Positions 10,904 through 19,622 are shown, numbered from the stretch's first letter. The stretch: DNA of 64,000 nucleotides from a virus (IMGVR_UViG_3300030406_002001:3850-67849), one strand, 5' to 3'. Notes: generated by a model not told the origin, from the sequence alone. Numbers and translations: made by a program.

Positions 10904-10912
10904 ATTATATCA
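10904..10912 (-). promoter_or_regulatory. Extended -10 promoter for MCP
   Basis: TGATATAAT on minus strand just after scaffold stop. Confidence 0.55.
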
Positions 10913-10919
10913 TACTTTT

Positions 10920-11750
10920 TTAAGTATTACCATATACTTTTTCATGTAGTTGTCGCATTTTTTCTACAGCAGGTTGATGATCCTTATGTCTAGGGTTGTG
11001 ATAAGGATGATCTGGATTATTAAAAGTATCTTGTATTTCTTGTTTTGCATCTAATGGTGATGATGCTAAAGTGTTATTTTGTGTATTTTGTGCCATATCT
11101 TCAGTAATATCTTTACCTAATCTAGCAAATAAACGGATAACAGCAGGATGATTCCCTGCTTCTGTATTCATTAAATCTTTTATTTCATTATCACCATACA
11201 CATCAATAGCTCTTTTTGCATTACGAATTTGGCTATCATAGTCATAACCCCATTCTTTTTTAAGCATAGCTTCGGTTTCTTGTTTTTGCACATCTACTTG
11301 TGATGCATACATATCTCCTTGATTCTTTATAGATTCCATTTGATAATTAACAAGACCTTCTACCTGTTGTTGGTTTAAACCCATTTGATGAGCTACATTC
11401 TTAAACTGACTTATCTGATCTTGGGTAAAATATGCAGAATAATCTTCTGGCACATTTACTTCATATTTATCAGCAGCTTCTGGTCTACCTAGTTTATTGT
11501 AGACTTCCATTCTTTCTTCATCAGTTTTAGGTATAGGAATACGATTACCTAATACTTTTTGCTGATGTACTACTGTTTTAGCTAATGACTCTACATCTTT
11601 AAAATTAGATAATGTAGGATCATTTTTTAAATCTTCTGGTAAGTTTGATCTCCAATCTTGATTATCACTTACAGTAGACCCTAAAACTGTATTATCTTCT
11701 ACAGGTTGTTCTACAGGGTTACCTTCTGTTGTGGTCGTTTCTTCAATCAT
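10920..11750 (-). CDS. Capsid scaffolding protein
   Basis: Acidic N-terminus, WRSNLPEDL, LGRPE, EWG, GNHPAVIR motifs; upstream of MCP. Confidence 0.85.
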   Translation of the reverse strand: MIEETTTTEGNPVEQPVEDNTVLGSTVSDNQDWRSNLPEDLKNDPTLSNFKDVESLAKTVVHQQKVLGNRIPIPKTDEERMEVYNKLGRPEAADKYEVNVPEDYSAYFTQDQISQFKNVAHQMGLNQQQVEGLVNYQMESIKNQGDMYASQVDVQKQETEAMLKKEWGYDYDSQIRNAKRAIDVYGDNEIKDLMNTEAGNHPAVIRLFARLGKDITEDMAQNTQNNTLASSPLDAKQEIQDTFNNPDHPYHNPRHKDHQPAVEKMRQLHEKVYGNT

Positions 11751-11943
11751 TTTTTTGCTCCTTTAATAGATTGATTATTCGTATTATAACAGCTCGTTGA
11801 CCTTCCTTATATGCTGTTTCATAAGGACAACTATCAAACGAACTTCTATGATAATAAGCAGACTTTAAATCTGCTAATACTTCCTTCCCTTCTCCAGAGT
11901 CAAAAGTAATTCTGTACATTTTTTGTAATTCTTTTAGTTCCAT
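11743..11943 (-). CDS. Bbp19-like head protein
   Basis: FDSGEGKEVLADL...AYKEGQRAV; between portal and scaffold. Confidence 0.75.
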   Translation of the reverse strand: MELKELQKMYRITFDSGEGKEVLADLKSAYYHRSSFDSCPYETAYKEGQRAVIIRIINLLKEQKND

Positions 11944-13607
11944 TATTCAACTAGACCAAGTGCTCTTGCCGATTCTTCTACTTGCTCTGCACCTTGTTGT
12001 GCTTCTTGTGTACCTAACTCTTTAATAGCTTGGTTTTGTGTTAATGCTGTTTGTGCTTGTTGTTGTTGCATAGCCATTTCTTGTGCTTGTTGCTGTTGTT
12101 GTGCTCTCATTTCTCTCATCTCTGCAACTTCTTCTATACCTCTTAATACAGTTTTAGGAACACCAAGTAAGTTTGCTCTAGTTCTAATTGCAAGATCATG
12201 ATTTATATTATCCATAATAGTTGGATCAATCTGACCTACTTGCATAGCTAATGCATATAATCTATCAATAGCAATAGATTCTTCCATTCTTTGTGATCGT
12301 GCCAAAGGACCTACATATTCTACATCTACTGTTTGACCTTGTATTATTTCTGGTGCAGGTATTAATGCTTCTGCTCTTAGCATAATACCAAATACTCTTT
12401 CAATTAATGGATTTAAAAACTCACTTTGAAATCTTCCTAATGTTGGTCCTAATAATCTTTGCATCAATTCATATCTAACTTGTACCTCTGTTGCTGTCAT
12501 TTGAGGACCTTGTTGTAATTGTAGTTGATCAGAATAATATGCTTGTCGTATTGCTGTTCTTAATTGATTTTCTTTCATATCTGTAATCTGCCAATTAGTA
12601 CCAATAGGTAATGACCTTACAGACCCTTCATTCCTAACAACAGTTATACCGGCAGGTGTTGTTCTAACTCTACCAATAACACCATCATCTGTTACAAGCA
12701 ATGGTGGATCAATAGCTTTTGCCCATGCTTTCAATCCTATCTCTACTGCTTTGTTTAATGTTTTAATATCTGGCAATGCATTATAGCTAGGTGATCTTCC
12801 ATATATTTCACCTGTTGCTTTTGACCACCTTGGTACAAGATATGGGAACTCATTGTACCCACCTTCTCTAACTGACATTTTATCTTCTACACATACATGA
12901 CAACTATAAAAAGGTAATTTTGTTTTTACTTTACCCATAGACCTTTCATAGTCTTCAGTTGGCTCAACTGCATGAATAAATGTAAATTCTTTATCTGGTT
13001 TGTCTTTTGCTGCTTCTATAATTTTTTCACCAACATTATCTTCACCAAACTCTTGTAGTGCTTGTCGTGCTGTTAAATTATATTTACGATATACTGTGTC
13101 TATTCTGCCATCATTATTTTCTTTTATATAAAACTCTTTGATATGTAATGTATTAAAATGTATACCACCTTCAGCAAAACCTTTTTTACTTTCTTCTACA
13201 AATAATGCACCTGTACCTATAGAACATAAATCAAGATATAACTCATGTACTTCTGTGTTAAAATTAGATTCATTAAATAGATCATACATTCTTTTTGCTG
13301 AGTTTTCTAACCACAACTGTACATCTCTGTTTTGATTTAGTTCAGCACTTCTTAATTTCAGATGAAACCATTGTAATGATGGTGATGTTAGTGTTCCATG
13401 TAAACTTGCAGCTAATAAATTATTTGCAGTTATAGCAGTAGAATCAAATAATACTTCTGTTCTTTTCTCACCTTTTTCTCTTTTAGATACAACTTCTGCT
13501 TTTCGTGGCATTACATAATCAAGAATATCTTGCCAATGCTCTTCCCAAGTTCCTCTATGACTTTCTAGTTGTGCAAGTCTTTTTTTTATGTAATCAAAAT
13601 TTGCCAT
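11943..13607 (-). CDS. Portal protein (T7 gp8/Bbp21-like)
   Basis: FDSTA, PRW...GEIYGRSP, MTATEV, YVGPLAR motifs. Confidence 0.95.
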   Translation of the reverse strand: MANFDYIKKRLAQLESHRGTWEEHWQDILDYVMPRKAEVVSKREKGEKRTEVLFDSTAITANNLLAASLHGTLTSPSLQWFHLKLRSAELNQNRDVQLWLENSAKRMYDLFNESNFNTEVHELYLDLCSIGTGALFVEESKKGFAEGGIHFNTLHIKEFYIKENNDGRIDTVYRKYNLTARQALQEFGEDNVGEKIIEAAKDKPDKEFTFIHAVEPTEDYERSMGKVKTKLPFYSCHVCVEDKMSVREGGYNEFPYLVPRWSKATGEIYGRSPSYNALPDIKTLNKAVEIGLKAWAKAIDPPLLVTDDGVIGRVRTTPAGITVVRNEGSVRSLPIGTNWQITDMKENQLRTAIRQAYYSDQLQLQQGPQMTATEVQVRYELMQRLLGPTLGRFQSEFLNPLIERVFGIMLRAEALIPAPEIIQGQTVDVEYVGPLARSQRMEESIAIDRLYALAMQVGQIDPTIMDNINHDLAIRTRANLLGVPKTVLRGIEEVAEMREMRAQQQQQAQEMAMQQQQAQTALTQNQAIKELGTQEAQQGAEQVEESARALGLVE

Positions 13608-13840
13608 CAGGTCATTCTATTTGGTGGTTTTGTTCCACCCAATAATGTTTGTGCAGTTTGTGCTGGTTCTTTTACACCTTCTCCAGATGTAAGTAGTGTT
13701 CCATAAGAACCCTGTTTTCCAAGTGCTATCATTCTTTGTCTTTCAGCTTCTAATTTTGCTTCTGACTCTGCAACCTTATCGTCAATTTCTGGCATTGGTT
13801 GTGGTTGTGGCATACTTGGTGTTTTCATTCCTCCACCCAT
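13607..13840 (-). CDS. Small virion-associated protein (gp6.7/7.3-like)
   Basis: MGGG start, Pro-rich, GTLLTSG and TLLGG motifs, just upstream of portal. Confidence 0.6.
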   Translation of the reverse strand: MGGGMKTPSMPQPQPMPEIDDKVAESEAKLEAERQRMIALGKQGSYGTLLTSGEGVKEPAQTAQTLLGGTKPPNRMT

Positions 13841-13841
13841 A

Positions 13842-14051
13842 TTATCCTCCTAATGTTGTTTTGGTGTTAGCATCTTGTTGTGATCCTAAGGTAGCTCTTA
13901 CTCTTTCAGGTCTTTGAGTTCCTTTTTTCATAAAAGATTTAGGAGGTCTTTGTTGTTTTGGAACTTTTGGTGGTTTTACAATGCTTCTAGCAAACTTACC
14001 TCCCATTCTACTTGTTCCTTTTTTTCTTACCTTTTGTGGTGCACCACCCAT
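13842..14051 (-). CDS. Small basic virion-associated protein
   Basis: MGG start, TTLGG end like neighbours. Confidence 0.55.
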   Translation of the reverse strand: MGGAPQKVRKKGTSRMGGKFARSIVKPPKVPKQQRPPKSFMKKGTQRPERVRATLGSQQDANTKTTLGG

Positions 14052-14060
14052 TAGACTTTC

Positions 14061-14486
14061 CTATAAATATTTACATTCATTTCTAAGCAAACCATATAAA
14101 ACTGCATCATAATATTTAAGACCATCTTTAATAACTTTTCTCACAATACCTTCTTGTTTAAATCCTGCTGATTCAATTAATTTTCTACATCTTGTGTTAT
14201 CTGGTTTTGTCATTGCAGTTACTCTAACACACTTACAAGTATAAAAGCAATACTCAAATACTTGTTTTGCATAACTCCTTCTCATAGCTCTTGGATTATC
14301 AAGTGCTAAATGCATCCACATATTAAATCCGTCATAATGAGAAAATATAGTTCCTCCCACTATTTTGCCATCTTGATAATAACCAATATGTGAAAAATCA
14401 GTATCTACTCCTTGAATATTTGCTCGTGGTGTTACAAATTTCAGAACTTCTTGTGCAAGTGATTTATCAGTTTTTGCAACAATCAT
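14061..14486 (-). CDS. GNAT-fold acetyltransferase-like protein
   Basis: RVTAMTKPDNTRCRKLIESAGFKQEGIVRK is the RimJ/RimL-type N...GF..EG motif. Confidence 0.8.
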   Translation of the reverse strand: MIVAKTDKSLAQEVLKFVTPRANIQGVDTDFSHIGYYQDGKIVGGTIFSHYDGFNMWMHLALDNPRAMRRSYAKQVFEYCFYTCKCVRVTAMTKPDNTRCRKLIESAGFKQEGIVRKVIKDGLKYYDAVLYGLLRNECKYL

Positions 14487-14680
14487 TGACCAAGAATAGT
14501 TCTTGCAGTTGTAGCTTCTTCGCCACCCCCAAGTGTAGTTCCTTGTCCATAACCCATACCTCTTACTTTACCTCTTAACCTTCTTTCTCTAGCTTCCTTT
14601 TTTTTTGGTTCTTCAACCGGAGGAGGTGGTGGTGGCGGAGGTGGTGGAGGGGGTGCACTAGGTCTTGAAAAAAACCCCAT
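14483..14680 (-). CDS. Small polyproline virion-associated protein
   Basis: MGFF start, long poly-Pro tract, TILGQ end. Confidence 0.6.
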   Translation of the reverse strand: MGFFSRPSAPPPPPPPPPPPPVEEPKKKEARERRLRGKVRGMGYGQGTTLGGGEEATTARTILGQ

Positions 14681-14703
14681 AAGTAAATCCTTTCATATTA
14701 ATA

Positions 14704-14997
14704 TTAAGCTCGTTTTATTTTACTTGTTTTTTTTCGTTTTACAAATGTTTTTACATTAGTGGGTTTACCACCCACACCTTGAGCTTTTGCTCTTTTTCGT
14801 GTTACTGCTGATCTAATTTGAGATTTACTCATTGATCTTGCTTTTGCAAGTGGTACACATTTAGGATATTTTCTTTTGCTTTTTGTTGCTGACTTACGAC
14901 CACAGGGTTGAAACTTGCCTTTTTTCTTTGGTGCTCCAATATCAACCCATTTTTCTTTTTTAAACCATTTAGTCAACCCACCTTTTGGTTTTGCCAT
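14704..14997 (-). CDS. Basic protein, DUF5872-like
   Basis: GLTKWFKKEKWVDI...YPKCVP...KRAK. Confidence 0.65.
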   Translation of the reverse strand: MAKPKGGLTKWFKKEKWVDIGAPKKKGKFQPCGRKSATKSKRKYPKCVPLAKARSMSKSQIRSAVTRKRAKAQGVGGKPTNVKTFVKRKKTSKIKRA

Positions 14998-15164
14998 TAT
15001 CCTGTCCTATATCCTCCACCCCTTTTTTTATAAGTCTTTACTAACCATGCATTAGCATAAGCTGAAGGATATACTTTAAATTTTCTTTTTGCTTCTGATT
15101 TTACTCTTGAATATAATGCAGAGTTTGTTGGTATTGCTCTTTTACTTTTTGTTTTTTTTGCCAT
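14997..15164 (-). CDS. 55-aa basic protein (N-terminal partner of DUF5872-like)
   Basis: Manual translation MAKKTKSKRAIPTNSALYSRVKSEAKRKFKVYPSAYANAWLVKTYKKRGGGYRTG; TAATG coupling to next gene. Confidence 0.7.
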   Translation of the reverse strand: MAKKTKSKRAIPTNSALYSRVKSEAKRKFKVYPSAYANAWLVKTYKKRGGGYRTG

Positions 15165-15267
15165 TACTACCTTTCATCATTTTTTCAAGTTTTGCTGCTT
15201 GACCGGCATGAGCTTTTGATGCTTTTTTAAGTGCTGCTATAACACTTCGTACTGTAGCTTTGTTCAT
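15142..15267 (-). CDS. 41-aa basic peptide
   Basis: MNKATVRSVIAALKKASKAHAGQAAKLEKMMKGSNGKKNKK; ATGA coupling. Confidence 0.55.
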   Translation of the reverse strand: MNKATVRSVIAALKKASKAHAGQAAKLEKMMKGSNGKKNKK

Positions 15268-15407
15268 GCTTTTTTCTTTTTCATCTTAGACTTCATGATC
15301 TTTGCTTGAAGTTGTTTTGGTAATGTCTTTTGTTTTTTTGTAAGCATTTTTTTCTTTTTAGGTGGTCTTCCTCTAGTTGATCCGTAAGTTCCTTTACCCA
15401 TTGGCAT
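15264..15407 (-). CDS. 47-aa Lys-rich peptide with RGRP motif
   Basis: MPMGKGTYGSTRGRPPKKKK...; AGGAG RBS after TerL stop. Confidence 0.65.
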   Translation of the reverse strand: MPMGKGTYGSTRGRPPKKKKMLTKKQKTLPKQLQAKIMKSKMKKKKA

Positions 15408-15419
15408 AATATATCTCCT

Positions 15420-16832
15420 TTAAAATAAGTTAAACTCAGAATCCGTTTGTATCTGCATAGGTTCGGTATTCCTTGTTCTTGCCTTTCGTAATGACATTAC
15501 TGCATATCGCAATGCAGATATTATATCATCATTCATAGGAATAATCTTACCATTCTTCCTGTGATACAATCGTATCTCTTCTAGTATCTTACTTTGATTA
15601 GAAAATATTTTCAACCTCTTTGTTTGAAATCTTGTCAACATCTCCATTACACCTGCTTCTACACTTATACCACCACTACCTTCTTTCATTCCATTTTGTG
15701 GTGGATTTGTAAAATGCTCTCGTAATAGATTTACACCCTCATCTCTATATTGCATAGCAAGACTTTTGCCACTACCCTTGTCTGCTTGTCTACCATCCAT
15801 AGGATATATAACAGGTATCCATTTACCTCGTGCTTTTATTGCTGATGCATGGACAGGTACAGTTTCTTGTCGCATACTATATCCATCATACATATATACA
15901 ATATCACTATCTCTATCCCAAGCTACCCATGCACAAGCTGTAGGATGATCCCACCCAAAATCTATGCCACATATCTTTGGATAGTAGTCTGGTATATCAA
16001 ATGGTTCACACAATATATCTTCTTCGTTTATTGGAAATACTAATCCAGAACCTAACTGTGGTATTCCTTTTTCTCGCATCTTTCTTTCGTGAGGTGGTAA
16101 TGCTTGTAAAATTTGTTCTCTTACTTCTTTAGTCATGTGAGGTGCATCATCCCAAGTTGCTTGTATTAAGTCTTGACCCTTTTTTATATTATTTACAAAC
16201 TGTGCAACTGTTTCTGTCATACCTTGCTCTGGTGTAAATGTCATATATACAACACCACCCTTGTCAGCAGTTCTTGTTAATGCTTGAGAATATATTGCTT
16301 GAGGTGGTTCTTCATCTAACCAGATAACATCCAACGACTCTCCCATCCATTTTTCTTTTCCCATTTCATATGCCTTAAAACCTATACGAGAATATCCTCC
16401 ACTCTTATGTCGGATAACTACACTATTCATTGCATTTGGCACTCCGGGTTTTCTTACTGTTTCTCCAATATGTTTTAGTGGAATACTACCCATACCTTTT
16501 GCACTCGGATCATCTGGTTGTCCTACTAATTCTTTTTGACATACATCTCGTGTTGTTTCATTAGATACACCACCTACCCAACATCTCACAGGTCTATCAA
16601 ACTTTCTACCTTCCCACCAATCTGGATATAAACCTGTACAATGATATGCCATCTCCATAGCACCACAAAAAGATTTACCTACCCTGTTACCTGCCATCAA
16701 TAATCTTTGGGTAGCTTTACTATTATGAAATTTCTTTTGATAATCGTATGGCACATACTTTGCCATCTGATTAGTTTTTTTTCGAAATTCCAATTCTTTG
16801 GCTATCTCTAGTGCTCTGGCTAAATCATTCAT
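15420..16832 (-). CDS. terL: Terminase large subunit (P22-like)
   Basis: Walker A AGNRVGKS, WLDEEPP, TFTP, GIDFGWDHP, DDIISALRY. Confidence 0.95.
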   Translation of the reverse strand: MNDLARALEIAKELEFRKKTNQMAKYVPYDYQKKFHNSKATQRLLMAGNRVGKSFCGAMEMAYHCTGLYPDWWEGRKFDRPVRCWVGGVSNETTRDVCQKELVGQPDDPSAKGMGSIPLKHIGETVRKPGVPNAMNSVVIRHKSGGYSRIGFKAYEMGKEKWMGESLDVIWLDEEPPQAIYSQALTRTADKGGVVYMTFTPEQGMTETVAQFVNNIKKGQDLIQATWDDAPHMTKEVREQILQALPPHERKMREKGIPQLGSGLVFPINEEDILCEPFDIPDYYPKICGIDFGWDHPTACAWVAWDRDSDIVYMYDGYSMRQETVPVHASAIKARGKWIPVIYPMDGRQADKGSGKSLAMQYRDEGVNLLREHFTNPPQNGMKEGSGGISVEAGVMEMLTRFQTKRLKIFSNQSKILEEIRLYHRKNGKIIPMNDDIISALRYAVMSLRKARTRNTEPMQIQTDSEFNLF

Positions 16833-17121
16833 CTTTTAATTTATCAAGATCATCGCTATGAACCATTATCCAAAACCCTGCCCTCCCCTTTTCACACAAT
16901 GCTACAACAGGGGTCTTACCCTCTCTCTTTGCCATAACATTTGTGTCATCCCATAATGTTATTACAGTATGCTTCTTTCTGAGCTTACATTCAATGAATA
17001 ATTTGGCGTGAATTACATCTGCCCTCGTAATCTTGCCATTACCACCACTCAAAGGTGTCCTCTGACCACCAAAATATGCAGCTACCTGTCGTTCTCTTTG
17101 CTTCCATGCCTTATCAGCCAT
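16825..17121 (-). CDS. PD-(D/E)XK Holliday-junction-resolvase-like nuclease
   Basis: WKQRERQVA, ADV...FIECK; probable start MADKAW at 17121. Confidence 0.65.
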   Translation of the reverse strand: MADKAWKQRERQVAAYFGGQRTPLSGGNGKITRADVIHAKLFIECKLRKKHTVITLWDDTNVMAKREGKTPVVALCEKGRAGFWIMVHSDDLDKLKDE

Positions 17122-17159
17122 ACCCCTATATACCAAATAGTTAACCTATGTACAAGTAG

Positions 17160-17173
17160 TTAACATAAGTTAA
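17160..17173. promoter_or_regulatory. 14-bp operator TTAAC-N4-GTTAA
   Basis: TTAACATAAGTTAA with perfect arms, upstream of late operon; weaker copy 17141-17154. Confidence 0.7.
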
Positions 17174-17373
17174 TATCTAAATATACCCTTCGCTGTGTGG
17201 AATAATGCATATATATAGCAACATCTCGGCATTTTGGGGGGTTGGGGTCATTTTTTTTGCCTGTAGCCCTTTGTTTCTGTGCATTGTAGCCATTTTTAAT
17301 TAAATTTGGCTCTGTGTTGGTGTGTGTGGGTGCGGAACGATTCTCACAAGATGTTTTGTACTGTATATATGGT

Positions 17374-17796
17374 TTAATGACTAATGATATTCTTATTAAT
17401 ACCTAATTGATTTAATATAGTATTTAGTTGTAACTCTAGTTCTTGTTCACTTAGGTTTTCTATCTTGTTTATTACTTCTGATTTACTTGTGCCTGAATAA
17501 TTGTTTCTATCTAGTAATTGACAACTTGCAGATAGTTGAACACTTTTTGGGGCTTTTTTATCGTTTACTAATTCAATCAATTTATTTATTGCGATACTTA
17601 CCCCAGATTCTAGTTGTTGAAAGTTTCTTTGTTGTATCTGGTCTTTTATATAATTCTTTCTTAATAACTGATATCCGTATTGACTTGGATACTTACATTC
17701 TGGATAAGCTTTACGAACTGCATCAGGTGTTTTTAACCCTTGTAAGATATAGTTTATGAAAAGCTCCTCGCTGTTTGTCAACCTTTTATTCTGCAT
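17374..17796 (-). CDS. terS: Terminase small subunit
   Basis: LT..EELFI..DAVRKAY HTH, QLSASCQLLDR; upstream of TerL. Confidence 0.75.
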   Translation of the reverse strand: MQNKRLTNSEELFINYILQGLKTPDAVRKAYPECKYPSQYGYQLLRKNYIKDQIQQRNFQQLESGVSIAINKLIELVNDKKAPKSVQLSASCQLLDRNNYSGTSKSEVINKIENLSEQELELQLNTILNQLGINKNIISH

Positions 17797-17841
17797 AGTT
17801 TTACCAATTTATTAATAAATTATAGCATATAGTTGATTTAG

Positions 17842-17885
17842 TTGTTGACAATTAACTAAAGTTTTATAATATTAACTTATGTTAA
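17842..17885 (+). promoter_or_regulatory. Early promoter with operator
   Basis: TTGACA 17845-17850 and TATAATAT 17865-17872; TTAACTTATGTTAA 17872-17885. Confidence 0.7.
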
Positions 17886-17939
17886 TACATTTATATAAAC
17901 TTGTTGTATTTTTACAACACATTAGAAAAGGGGTTAAAA

Positions 17940-18179
17940 ATGTTTAAGCATATAAAAGAAAGAACTACTGATTATTATTTAACTGAAGAAAGATATAATC
18001 AAATAAAAACCAACTATCCTAAATGTAATCAATCAATTTCATATTCTGATAGACATTTATTTAAGGAAGATTTTTACCAAAAATACATTGATTTAGATTG
18101 TGTTGAAAAATCTAGAATAGGTTTTGAATTGTCTGCTCAATCTGAATGCACATACAACCAATTTAAAGGGGGTAAATAG
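17940..18179 (+). CDS. Early hypothetical protein
   Basis: ATG at 17940 after AAGGGG RBS. Confidence 0.6.
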   Translation: MFKHIKERTTDYYLTEERYNQIKTNYPKCNQSISYSDRHLFKEDFYQKYIDLDCVEKSRIGFELSAQSECTYNQFKGGK

Positions 18180-18364
18180 TGGATAAATTTTTTAAACCAA
18201 CTGTATTGTTAGGCATAGGACTTTTTAGCTTTATTATGTGTTTGATTAGTGCAGTTTTATTTTTAATAACTGACTCACCAAATCTCATGCTTGAAGCATT
18301 TATAGGTTATGGGTTTTGTGGGGTTGCATTTTTAACAATGGGTATTTTAAAGGGGTTAGAATAA
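18179..18364 (+). CDS. Small two-TM membrane protein
   Basis: Two hydrophobic segments, translational coupling. Confidence 0.6.
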   Translation: MDKFFKPTVLLGIGLFSFIMCLISAVLFLITDSPNLMLEAFIGYGFCGVAFLTMGILKGLE

Positions 18365-18714
18365 TGATAAATAATTATTATAAATATGATGAAATCTATT
18401 CACATTTTGAAGATTTTATTAAAGAACAATTAGACTATGATAAAAATTATTTAAATGAAAATGATTTTTCAGACATACATCACCAAGCATTTAATCAAGA
18501 TTATTATATTATAGGAAGATACCAAGCTGCAAAATGGTTATCTGATGAAGTATTTAATATAATAGAAATGATAAAAGAATATGAAAACGACAATTTTGGA
18601 GAGGTTTACACAGATTTTTCAGAACCTGAAAAAGTTGTAAATATGTATACCTTTATAATTGGTTATGATGTCATGCATGATTATTTTAAAAACAATAAAT
18701 TAGAGGTGGCATAA
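18364..18714 (+). CDS. Acidic early protein, possible Ocr-like DNA mimic
   Basis: 116 aa from ATG 18364, D/E/Y-rich, DIHHQAFNQDYYIIG. Confidence 0.45.
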   Translation: MINNYYKYDEIYSHFEDFIKEQLDYDKNYLNENDFSDIHHQAFNQDYYIIGRYQAAKWLSDEVFNIIEMIKEYENDNFGEVYTDFSEPEKVVNMYTFIIGYDVMHDYFKNNKLEVA

Positions 18715-18905
18715 TGAATAAATTTACAAGAACTGTTTTAAATGGTATTGCCTACAAAGTAGAAAAAGGTGATTTATATTATCTTGACACTTTAAGCAAT
18801 AAATATGAAATGGTAACTTATTTTGAAGATTTTAAAGAAGATGAGTTACATTTTTTAAGAAAGACTTTACCAAAATTTAATGAATATTTTGGGGAATATC
18901 TTTAA
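18714..18905 (+). CDS. Early hypothetical protein
   Basis: GAGG RBS, coupled start. Confidence 0.6.
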   Translation: MNKFTRTVLNGIAYKVEKGDLYYLDTLSNKYEMVTYFEDFKEDELHFLRKTLPKFNEYFGEYL

Positions 18906-18923
18906 TATAAAAGATCCTTCCTT

Positions 18924-18958
18924 AACCCCTACTAATTATTTTAGTGGGGGTTTTTTTT
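18924..18958 (+). terminator. Intrinsic terminator
   Basis: AACCCCTACTAA/TTAGTGGGGGTT stem followed by T-run. Confidence 0.8.
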
Positions 18959-18977
18959 GCATAAAATAAAAAAGCAT

Positions 18978-19009
18978 TTGACACATAAACAATGGTTAAG
19001 TAAAGTTAA
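18978..19009 (+). promoter_or_regulatory. Early promoter with operator
   Basis: TTGACA-17-TAAAGT; TTAAGTAAAGTTAA 18996-19009 overlaps -10. Confidence 0.7.
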
Positions 19010-19018
19010 GTTATTATG

Positions 19019-19276
19019 AATAAAAACAAAGCAGAAAAAAGGGGTTTATATGCAAGTATTAAGAATAGATTATCAACATTATTTTCCTGAAGAAATTTTT
19101 GATTCATTGGAAGAATTACGATTATGGCTCTGTTCATATCATGACGCAGATTGGAATGGTGTTGATGACAATGACAATGACATAGACATATTTACATTAA
19201 CACTTGATGAAATTTGTGATTATGGTGAATGGGGTTATAAAATAATTAATAAAAACAAAGCAGAAAAATAAGGGGT
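19019..19276 (+). repeat. Direct repeats flanking the 73-aa gene
   Basis: AATAAAAACAAAGCAGAAAAA at 19019-19039 and 19248-19268, each followed by AGGGGT. Confidence 0.85.
19050..19271 (+). CDS. Acidic early hypothetical protein
   Basis: RBS in repeat; Asp-rich. Confidence 0.65.
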   Translation: MQVLRIDYQHYFPEEIFDSLEELRLWLCSYHDADWNGVDDNDNDIDIFTLTLDEICDYGEWGYKIINKNKAEK

Positions 19277-19281
19277 GCAAC

Positions 19282-19428
19282 ATGATAACATTAAAACAAA
19301 TAAAAAAAATAGTAAAAGATATTAAAGCAGATGATGAATGGGTAAACGACAGCCATACCAAAGCAGAATATAATGGTATATGTGATGGATTAGATATGCT
19401 CGTTGAAGAATTAGAAAGAAATAAGTAA
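19282..19428 (+). CDS. 48-aa early hypothetical protein
   Basis: Manual ORF MITLKQIKKIVKDIKADDEW..., RBS in second repeat. Confidence 0.6.
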   Translation: MITLKQIKKIVKDIKADDEWVNDSHTKAEYNGICDGLDMLVEELERNK

Positions 19429-19622
19429 TGCAACAAAAAGAAATAACAAAAGAACTTAGATATATTCTTAATGTTGTAGACAGTATGTTATACTGTGAAG
19501 ATTGGCAAAAACTAGACACATATAAATGTAAAATAAAATTTCTAATTAAACATATAGCGAATGATGAAAGAAGGAAAACAATGAAACTGTATCACAAAAA
19601 CAAAAGAAAGATAAGTAAATAA
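19428..19622 (+). CDS. Early hypothetical protein
   Basis: TAATG coupling. Confidence 0.55.
   Translation: MQQKEITKELRYILNVVDSMLYCEDWQKLDTYKCKIKFLIKHIANDERRKTMKLYHKNKRKISK

Noticed and set aside
14620-14655. Poly-proline GGT/GGA tracts (also near 49322-49352) as a repeat element or eukaryotic insert
   Set aside because: Simply the coding sequence of small virion-associated proteins found at the same position in both phages
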